Made by a program: the position numbers and the translations under genes
Source: a bacterium
GTDB taxonomy: Bacteria; BMS3Abin14
DNA: 12,149 nucleotides
Assembly (NCBI GenBank): GCA_020349685.1
Contig: CP070698.1
Span: 1,620,288-1,632,436 of the forward strand
Direction: 5' to 3'
Shown: one piece after another, positions 1-5,912 of the stretch
How positions within the stretch are numbered: position 1 is the first letter of the stretch
Layout: every line of letters starts with the position of its first letter
The notes under the pieces: generated by a model
What the model was told of the DNA's origin: nothing
Database searches by the model: none
What the model saw: only the letters and a program-made list of their open reading frames with translations

Positions 1-1
1 T

Positions 2-154
2 GATGTCATCACGGGGATGAACGGTAAAGCGATCAGGGAACTCAGGGACCTTTCTGAGGCACTTAAAAGCCTCAGCACTGGAGATAAGGTGAGGGTTAAT
101 CTGCTCCGGAACGGAACGCCGATAACTGTTGAGGCGGTACTGAAAGAACGATAA
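2..154 (+). CDS. C-terminal fragment of a PDZ-domain protein (probably protease/peptidase-associated PDZ); gene starts before the window
   Basis: Frame 2 from base 2 reads DVITGMNGKAIRELRDLSEALKSLSTGDKVRVNLLRNGTPITVEAVLKER* (TAA 152-154). This fits the PDZ C-terminal pattern (G)DvIxxxNG...GdxVxVxxxRxG. Not in the ORF track. Confidence 0.85.
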   Translation, partial: DVITGMNGKAIRELRDLSEALKSLSTGDKVRVNLLRNGTPITVEAVLKER

Positions 155-178
155 GAGCTGTTAAACGCTAATACAAGG

Positions 179-219
179 CTTGTCCGCCACAGCTGGCGGC
201 AGGCGTTAGCGACGGCGGA
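179..219. repeat. REP-like palindromic element
   Basis: CTTGTCCGCCACAGCT-GGCGGCAGGCG-TTAGCGACGGCGGA, with terminal arms TCCGCC (183-188) and GGCGGA (214-219). Resembles a TCCGCCxTAGCTTTAGCGAxGGCGGA-type dispersed repeat (from memory) and sits just after a stop codon. Confidence 0.55.
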
Positions 220-622
220 AAGGGCACGGAGGCAACCAGAGTCGAAGGGGGGGAGAGCGGTTCCTTTAATAGCCTTAAGAGCCAGCTTACCATGGGGTAC
301 ACAGTGTAATAACGGGAATCGGTCTAATACTCTTATTGGTGCTTGGATTATTTTCCCTGTGTAACCTTGTGGAGCGGCCTTCAGGACCCCGCTGTGTTGA
401 GTTGGTTTTCGACCTTATCCCAGAATGCTCTGACACCTGGGATTCCAGACTCAGACCGGGTCTGGATTTATTAATTCATTTCTGCTTTCACCATTCCATT
501 CTGATACCAGAATTCATAATTTCTTTAATACTCATGCCATTAGGAGCCTTTCATGATCCAGCATCTAAGGGAAGGTTTGTAACCTCCCATAATGATTTGA
601 AAAAATTAGAATAAGTGCTAGA

Positions 623-649
623 ATATAACATAAATATGTTATATAACAT
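623..649. promoter_or_regulatory. Putative operator/promoter of the small RHH-like gene
   Basis: Perfect inverted repeat ATATAACATA-aa-TATGTTATAT (623-644) overlaps the perfect palindrome ATGTTATATAACAT (636-649). A TANNNT hexamer (TAACAT, 644-649) lies 5 nt before the ATG at 655 and there is no Shine-Dalgarno. Confidence 0.7.
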
Positions 650-654
650 CTTCC

Positions 655-867
655 ATGGCACGGGGAAAATCAGGACGCATCGTCGTTGAGATCGATCCGA
701 TACTGAAAAGCGAACTCTACGATGCCCTCCAGGAGGAGGGGGTCACACTGAAGGAGTGGTTCCTGAGGCATACAGGTTCCTATCTGGCCCAGAAAGCCCA
801 GCCGTCCCTGTTTGGTCCACCTGAACTGGCTGAGAGGAAGGTTAAGGCTGTTAAAGGGGAGAAGTAG
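655..867 (+). CDS. Small ribbon-helix-helix/CopG-like DNA-binding protein (70 aa)
   Basis: MARGKSGRIVVEIDPILKSELYDALQEEGVTLKEWFL has an alternating beta strand (RIVVEI), a helix, a G-x-T/S turn and a second helix, as in RHH proteins. A palindromic operator lies directly upstream. Confidence 0.7.
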   Translation: MARGKSGRIVVEIDPILKSELYDALQEEGVTLKEWFLRHTGSYLAQKAQPSLFGPPELAERKVKAVKGEK

Positions 868-897
868 TCAGGACAAACACGTGCCGGAGCCATCAAG

Positions 898-1527
898 ATG
901 ACCGTGAAGCAGAAAAGAGGGATCAGAGGGGCCGTAATGGCGGTGCTGGTTTTGCTGCTCGCCATCGAGACCTTCGATTTGCAGCAGAGTTTTTTATCCG
1001 CGCGGGCTGAGTCGAGAACGGTTGCTCCAGACGGAAACATGGACATTCGAAAGGTGGAGCCCGGTTTCGCACCCGGAAGATCGGCCGCGCTGGAGGAACC
1101 GCCGGAGGCCCTGGTGGTCCGGAAGGTTGTCGAGCCGGAAAAAACTCTCGATAAACAGGTGGGTCAGACGGTGGATGTCATCGCGCGAGTCGAGGTCGGC
1201 AAGTCTCCCGGGGCGGTCCCAAACGTCCGGATGCCTCTCAGGAAGAAGCCGTTGCCGGTACTTGAACCGGACGACAGCAGCCAGGACAACGATCGCCTTT
1301 ACCTGTTGCCCGATCCCGGAGCGGAACAGCTTCCGGAGACAGTTCCCGGAACAGAAGAGGATGCGAACAAGGGCCACGGCAACGATGAGGACGGTTACGA
1401 TGAGGACAACCCTGGTCGAGGCGGTTTTGGCGGAACGAACTCCTCCAGGGGAGAGAGCGGCCATGGAGGTTCGAGCGGTAGTGGGGGGAATTCCGGCGGC
1501 AGCGGGGGCGGCAAGGGAAGGGGATAA
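898..1527 (+). CDS. Secreted or membrane-anchored low-complexity protein with acidic segment and Gly/Ser-rich tail (209 aa)
   Basis: GGAG upstream of ATG; basic N-terminus plus hydrophobic stretch (AVMAVLVLLLAI); Pro/Glu-rich middle; NKGHGNDEDGYDEDNPG motif; ends GGSSGSGGNSGGSGGGKGRG. Confidence 0.7.
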   Translation: MTVKQKRGIRGAVMAVLVLLLAIETFDLQQSFLSARAESRTVAPDGNMDIRKVEPGFAPGRSAALEEPPEALVVRKVVEPEKTLDKQVGQTVDVIARVEVGKSPGAVPNVRMPLRKKPLPVLEPDDSSQDNDRLYLLPDPGAEQLPETVPGTEEDANKGHGNDEDGYDEDNPGRGGFGGTNSSRGESGHGGSSGSGGNSGGSGGGKGRG

Positions 1528-1540
1528 TAAACAGTAACAA

Positions 1541-1599
1541 GTGCAAGGTTCCAGGTCCCAAGATCTTTCTTGATCCAAGATCCAAAATCCAAAATTAAG
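1541..1599. repeat. Degenerate heptamer tandem arrays
   Basis: GTGCAAG GTTCCAG GTCCCAA (1541-1561) and GATCCAA GATCCAA AATCCAA AATTAAG (1572-1599). Confidence 0.65.
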
Positions 1600-1723
1600 A
1601 GCTTGAACACAGGGAGCCGCAGAGAAAGCAGGCTAAGGCTTAGTCTCACTTTTTCCCTTTCCCATACCCTGCAGTGAGGGCTTGAGGCCGACCACGCTGC
1701 GGCTAATCATTTTTTTGACCTTA

Positions 1724-1755
1724 TCCTGTGTTCTACATTCTGCATTCTGCATTCC
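1724..1755. repeat. Heptamer tandem array (TTCTGCA)n
   Basis: TCCTGTG TTCTACA TTCTGCA TTCTGCA TTCC, just downstream of the comM stop codon. Confidence 0.7.
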
Positions 1756-1775
1756 GGTCCGCCAGCCTCCAGACG

Positions 1776-3302
1776 CTAGAAACCAGTCACTGGATTATCC
1801 AGCACCGGTCGATATTGCAGTGCTTCTGCTAAATGTTCCGGAGTTGGAAAATCTATTCCTTCCAGGTCCGCGATGGTCCTGGCCACCCTCAGGATCCGGT
1901 GGTATCCGCGGGCCGTCAGGCCCATGCTCTTCAGGGCCCTTTCCATGATCTTTACGTGCTCCTTGTCCATGGGACACAGCTCCGCGATGTGATCCGGACC
2001 CAGGCGGGCGTTGAGCACGGGGAACCCGGCCGCGGCGCGCGCATCCTGGATCTTCCTGCAGGCGAGAACCCTTTCCCGGACCTCAGCGGTGGGCTCTTTC
2101 AATGGATCACCCGTGATCATTTCCGGTCCCAGGGCCCTGACCTGGATGACGAGGTCGATCCTGTCCATGAGAGGCCCCGAGATTCGGCGGCGGTAGCGGG
2201 ATACAGCCGAGGGAGGGCAGGTGCATGGCCTGGTGTCGTGACCGAGGTATCCGCACGGGCAGGGGTTGGTCGTCCCCACGAGCAGAAACCTGGCGGGGAA
2301 GGTCACCGAGCTGGCGGCCCGCGCTACGACGATCCGCCCGTCTTCAAGGGGCTGCCTGAGCGTCTCGAGGGTGGACCGCCTGAACTCGGATATCTCGTCC
2401 AGAAAAAGGACCCCCCGGTGAGCCAGGGTGACCTCCCCGGGCCTCGGTTTGGTTCCGCCTCCCGCCAACCCCACGTGAGAGATGGTGTGGTGGGGCGCCC
2501 TGAAAACCGGGGTGGTTATGATCCCGTCCTGTACCGTCAGGTGACCGGCGATGCTGTGGATGGCTGTCACCTCCATGGACTCCTCCGCCGTCAGGGGCGG
2601 CAGGAGGCCGGGCATTCGCCTTGCCAGCATCGTTTTTCCAGACCCTGGAGGGCCGGAGAGGAGGATGTTGTGTCCCCCGGCTGCGGCAAGGGCGAGAGCC
2701 CTCTTGGCCATGCCCTGGCCGGCTACCTCACCCAGATCGGGAATGGTGTCCGGATTCCGGACGGGGGGCGGGATCACCTCCTCCAGTTCACGCCGCCCGC
2801 GCAGATATTCGGTGATCTCGGCAAGGTGCGTGACCGGCAGAGGGTTGCATCCTGCCACGAGGGACGCCTCCGATGCCATCTCCCGGGGCAGGATCATACC
2901 GGCGATGCCGGCTCGTCTCGCCAGGAGGGCAGCGGGAAAGGCGGCCTCCCTTCCAACGACATCACCGGTGAGAGACAGTTCGCCCATCACGAGAAGCCCC
3001 TCCAGAGCCTCACGGGGAAAGGCCCGCAGCGTGGCGAGGATCCCCAGAGCGATAGGCAGGTCGAAGCGGCTTCCTTCCTTTTTCAGGTCGGCAGGAGCGA
3101 GGTTCACCGTGATCCTTGAGGGGGGCAGTTCGTAACCGGAGTTCCGGAGCGCCGCGATGACCCTCTCGCGGCTCTCGCGGATCGCCGTGTCCCCCATCCC
3201 GACGATGGTCAGTCCGGGCAGTCCGCCTGCCATATCCAGTTCCACATGGACGGGAACGGCCTCGAGGCCCTTGATGGTGCAGGAAAGGATTTTAGAGACC
3301 AA
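1776..3302 (-). CDS. comM: YifB/ComM family Mg-chelatase-like AAA+ ATPase (508 aa)
   Basis: Hallmark motifs GLPGLTIVG, ESRERV, RITVNLAPADLKKEGSRFDLPIA, GELSLTG, Walker A GPPGSGKT, FRAPHH, PGEVTLAHRGVLFLDE, NPCPCG and RISGPLMDRID. Start re-called to TTG at 3302, which has AGGAGG 8 nt upstream, instead of 3338. Confidence 0.96.
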   Translation of the reverse strand: MVSKILSCTIKGLEAVPVHVELDMAGGLPGLTIVGMGDTAIRESRERVIAALRNSGYELPPSRITVNLAPADLKKEGSRFDLPIALGILATLRAFPREALEGLLVMGELSLTGDVVGREAAFPAALLARRAGIAGMILPREMASEASLVAGCNPLPVTHLAEITEYLRGRRELEEVIPPPVRNPDTIPDLGEVAGQGMAKRALALAAAGGHNILLSGPPGSGKTMLARRMPGLLPPLTAEESMEVTAIHSIAGHLTVQDGIITTPVFRAPHHTISHVGLAGGGTKPRPGEVTLAHRGVLFLDEISEFRRSTLETLRQPLEDGRIVVARAASSVTFPARFLLVGTTNPCPCGYLGHDTRPCTCPPSAVSRYRRRISGPLMDRIDLVIQVRALGPEMITGDPLKEPTAEVRERVLACRKIQDARAAAGFPVLNARLGPDHIAELCPMDKEHVKIMERALKSMGLTARGYHRILRVARTIADLEGIDFPTPEHLAEALQYRPVLDNPVTGF

Positions 3303-3372
3303 GACGAGATCCTCCTTTTGGTTGTTTTGAAAAAACATTCTGCAATGGAGGGGCCAAGGGGAGGATCCTGAA

Positions 3373-3408
3373 TCAGCTTTCAGCTGGCTGCTGTCAGCTC
3401 AGAGCTGA
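3373..3408. repeat. Heptamer array (TCAGCTn) with inverted copy
   Basis: TCAGCTT TCAGCTG GCTGCTG TCAGCTC, then GAGCTGA. TCAGCTC-A-GAGCTGA (3394-3408) is a perfect 7-bp inverted repeat. Confidence 0.6.
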
Positions 3409-3490
3409 TCTCAGGCTGTATTTCTATTTCATACAACTGGTAGGACTGCCTCACCAATTTGCGGGAAACGCATCCGGCGCATGGATATCA

Positions 3491-3503
3491 TAACTTGTTG
3501 ATT
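3491..3503 (-). promoter_or_regulatory. IHF binding site (distal)
   Basis: Reverse complement AATCAACAAGTTA matches WATCAANNNNTTR exactly, in an AT-rich context. Confidence 0.65.
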
Positions 3504-3770
3504 TTGATGGAAAAAAATTAGAATTGCTCGCTTTTTACATCTTAAAACCCGAAGCCGGGAACCCAAAAAGGTGTCTAAACCGGTGTTTCCGGAACTGTAT
3601 ATTTTTTCGACCATTCCATTGTTATCAAAAATACCTTTAATTAACAGTAATTTACAGTTGTTGTCGGGTAAGCGCCGCGTCGGCTGATGGTTTTTCCGAA
3701 TATTTTTCTCATACAACACCACCCCTAAAATACTTTTTCCCATGTCACATGTAGAAAAAAAGTCTTTTAA

Positions 3771-3783
3771 ATTCAAAGTTTTA
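3771..3783 (+). promoter_or_regulatory. IHF binding site (proximal)
   Basis: ATTCAAAGTTTTA is one mismatch from WATCAANNNNTTR, has an A-tract upstream and ends about 30 bp before the sigma54 -24 box, the usual position. Confidence 0.55.
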
Positions 3784-3809
3784 TAAAAACACACAATTTT
3801 ATGCATGTA

Positions 3810-3826
3810 TTGGCACGCTTGATGCT
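3810..3826 (+). promoter_or_regulatory. Sigma54 (RpoN) -24/-12 promoter
   Basis: TTGGCACGCTTGATGCT, with GG at 3812-3813 and GC at 3824-3825 separated by exactly 10 nt. TGGCACG is full consensus. Lies about 70 nt upstream of the first operon gene. Confidence 0.88.
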
Positions 3827-3898
3827 TCCTGCAGGGTGTCTAGCGATGCGCTCCCCTCAAGGGGAACACGGAAAAACGGGTCATAAGGAGGTCCTGTC

Positions 3899-4174
3899 AT
3901 GAAAGCGTATCCGGGTAAGTTGATGGTCCTGAAGAGGAGGGTAATGACTGTCCTGGTACCCTGCCTCTTCGCCGCAACGCTGGCTTCCGCCGACACGGCC
4001 GGCAGCACCGGGGCTGGAGGGATGAGTCCCCTGACCATGATCTTCCTGGGGCTGCTGGCCGCCATCATCCTTCTGCAGCTGATTCCGGCCATGGTCCTTT
4101 TCGGCTCCATGATCGTGGCGGTGTTCAAGCGGTCGGCCAAAAAGGTTGCGGCCACCACCAGTGATGAGGTGTGA
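3899..4174 (+). CDS. Small membrane protein, paralog 1 (signal peptide plus long hydrophobic segment, 91 aa)
   Basis: AAGGAGG RBS; signal-like region ending TLASA; hydrophobic core IFLGLLAAIILLQLIPAMVLFGSMIVAVFKR; similar to 4688-4948. Confidence 0.8.
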   Translation: MKAYPGKLMVLKRRVMTVLVPCLFAATLASADTAGSTGAGGMSPLTMIFLGLLAAIILLQLIPAMVLFGSMIVAVFKRSAKKVAATTSDEV

Positions 4175-4244
4175 GACGGGCGTGAGGCTCTACAGAGGTT
4201 TGCCTCTTGAGGGAGTTCGAGGGCTGTAGAAGGGGAGTGAGGCC

Positions 4245-4649
4245 ATGGGAATGCTTCTCATAGCGGATGAGGATGTTAAAACCCGGCAAAACATGGAGCA
4301 GCTTTTCGGGGATACCGAATACCAGGTCGTTGCGGCTGATTCGGTGGATTCTGTCATGAGAGACGTCCTGAAAAGGGACGCCCAGGTCGTCCTTCTCGGG
4401 AACGCCTTCGATGATATTCCCGCAGGAGACCTGGTCCCGATCCTGAAAAAGTGCAACCGGAACCTGACCATCATCCTCGTTTCCAACGAGGAGTCCCTGC
4501 CGCTGCTGAGGAAGCTCAGAAAGGAGGGCATCTTCTATCACGCCCTCAAACCTTCCGCCCAGGAAGACAGGGAGGAGCTGCTTCAGGCTGTCAAGTGCGC
4601 CTTCGAAAACGTTGCCGGGTCGATATCGGCGTCCGGCGCCGCCAAGTAG
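4245..4649 (+). CDS. Single-domain atypical response regulator (pseudo-receiver, 134 aa)
   Basis: CheY-like pattern LLIADED, VVLLG, IILVS, ALKP. The phosphoacceptor position at the end of beta3 is Gly52 rather than Asp. AGGGGAG RBS. Confidence 0.88.
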   Translation: MGMLLIADEDVKTRQNMEQLFGDTEYQVVAADSVDSVMRDVLKRDAQVVLLGNAFDDIPAGDLVPILKKCNRNLTIILVSNEESLPLLRKLRKEGIFYHALKPSAQEDREELLQAVKCAFENVAGSISASGAAK

Positions 4650-4687
4650 GCCTTAATCAGGCGTTAAGGAGATAAAAGGAGGCTGTC

Positions 4688-4948
4688 ATGAAAACGATCA
4701 GAGCATTAATCACAACGGCTGCGATGATCCTGCTTACGGTCCACCAGGCCTATGCCGTGGACACGACACAGACCTACCAGAGCGGGATGCTGGTACTGCT
4801 GTTTCTGGGTGTCTGCGCCCTTATCGTCGTTGCCCAGATGGTGCCGGCCCTCATTCTCATGATGGGGACGATCTCCGCTCTTGCCAAGAAGTTGAGGCGG
4901 AAAGAAAGGGCTGCCGTGACCAACACGGGTCAGGAGATCATCGATTGA
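4688..4948 (+). CDS. Small membrane protein, paralog 2 (86 aa)
   Basis: AAGGAGG RBS; signal peptide ending AYA; core LFLGVCALIVVAQMVPALILMMGTISALAKK followed by a basic tail. Confidence 0.85.
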   Translation: MKTIRALITTAAMILLTVHQAYAVDTTQTYQSGMLVLLFLGVCALIVVAQMVPALILMMGTISALAKKLRRKERAAVTNTGQEIID

Positions 4949-4953
4949 CCCTC

Positions 4954-4980
4954 AAGGGCGTCTGGCTTGCGCCCTTTTTT
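4954..4980 (+). terminator. Intrinsic terminator-like hairpin inside the gene cluster
   Basis: AAGGGCG-tctggcttg-CGCCCTT with a T6 run (4975-4980), 5 nt after the stop at 4948. Confidence 0.7.
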
Positions 4981-5036
4981 CGGCGGTACCTGGAAGGATC
5001 TCACGGGCGCCTATGCGCCGGAAGGGAGTCATGCAC

Positions 5037-5240
5037 ATGCTGGACCTGTTGAGGCAGTTCTTCAGTTCTGCGGGTGAAATGGTCAAGGTCTACACGCTGG
5101 TCGATTTCTACAACTATATCAAGGCGGTAGAGTACCTGATCTGTGTAGCCTTCTTCGCCACCTTCCCGCTGTTTTACAGGCACGTGATCAAAACATCCTC
5201 CGAGAGGGAGTCCGATTCATTGAAACAAACCGAGGAGTGA
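5037..5240 (+). CDS. HmcD-like small single-TM protein (about 67 aa)
   Basis: YTLVDFYNYIKAVEYLICVAFFATFPLFYRHV resembles the TLxDF...KgxxY plus TM pattern of HmcD-type peptides (from memory). GAAGGGAG at 5021-5028 favours the ATG at 5037; the ORF track starts it at 5013. Confidence 0.65.
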   Translation: MLDLLRQFFSSAGEMVKVYTLVDFYNYIKAVEYLICVAFFATFPLFYRHVIKTSSERESDSLKQTEE

Positions 5241-5331
5241 TGGGACCCGGACCACGGTTCAAGGGAGATCCCCGCAAGGTCCCCTGTCCCGGAGTACCCT
5301 CCGGGGAGCCGCTTTAAACAGGAGGGAAACG

Positions 5332-5853
5332 ATGAAATCGCTTAAAAGGACTACTTTCATCCTGGTGGTGCTGGCCGTCACCCTGCCTCTGACCGGCCTG
5401 GCGAGGAACCTGGAGCTTCCGGAGACGGTGATGCTGGATAAGCTGGTCCATCTTTATTCCGCGGCCGAGTTCGACCACGCGTTCCACACGGAGATAGCGG
5501 ACGACTGCACGGTGTGCCACCACCATTCTGTGGGCATACCCACGACGGATGAAAAATGCGCCAGGTGCCACGGTTCCGAGGAGGTCCTCGACAGGATCGC
5601 CTGCGTAGACTGCCACGCCGCTGATCCTTTTTCGGCCCAGTATCTTGGCGCCAAGGAGGCCGAAAAGGATGCCTTCCATATAGATCAGCCGGGCCTGAAG
5701 GCTGCCTACCACCTGAACTGCCTGAACTGTCACCTGGAGATGGGCGGTCCGGCGGGGTGCGAGGACTGCCATGAGCGGACGGACCTGGGCAACGCGTTCT
5801 ACCGCTCCGGTAATTATGCCCCGAAAGGCGGCAGCACAGGGTCAGCCCACTGA
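5332..5853 (+). CDS. Periplasmic pentaheme class III (cytochrome c3-like) cytochrome c (173 aa)
   Basis: Sec signal peptide; c3-type FDHAFH; five CxxCH motifs (CTVCH, CARCH, CVDCH, CLNCH, CEDCH); GLKAAYHxxC motif; AGGAGG RBS. Confidence 0.93.
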   Translation: MKSLKRTTFILVVLAVTLPLTGLARNLELPETVMLDKLVHLYSAAEFDHAFHTEIADDCTVCHHHSVGIPTTDEKCARCHGSEEVLDRIACVDCHAADPFSAQYLGAKEAEKDAFHIDQPGLKAAYHLNCLNCHLEMGGPAGCEDCHERTDLGNAFYRSGNYAPKGGSTGSAH

Positions 5854-5912
5854 ATTCCTCGGGCGCTGACCCACAGACAGGAAACTGAACATTTTTGATC
5901 AGGAGGTCGCTG

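Noticed and set aside
444-466. Hairpin TCCAGAC...GTCTGGA
   Set aside because: Only a 7-bp stem, with no proper U-tract and no supported gene ending nearby.
336-614. 92-aa plus-strand ORF
   Set aside because: TTG start without an RBS, AT-rich atypical codon use and no recognisable motif; probably non-coding or decayed.
1833-3135. Long plus-strand ORFs (428 aa, 194 aa) opposite comM
   Set aside because: Antisense shadow ORFs typical of GC-rich coding DNA; comM motifs are unambiguous on the minus strand.
1776-3302. comM as an integration hotspot with an inserted element
   Set aside because: The gene is intact, and no integrase or att-like direct repeats were seen in the window.
3579-3588. 10-mer ACCGGTGTTT also found reversed at 9996-10005 upstream of the kinase
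   Set aside because: A single shared 10-mer between two regions of several hundred bp is compatible with chance, and the flanks do not match.
3429-3806. 125-aa minus-strand ORF
   Set aside because: It overlaps the AT-rich sigma54/IHF regulatory region, and its composition reflects the A/T tracts.
5241-5331. GC hairpins between the HmcD-like and cytochrome genes (e.g. CCCGGAG-tacc-CTCCGGG, 5288-5305)
   Set aside because: No adjacent U-tract and no riboswitch consensus recognised; at most mRNA-stabilising stems.
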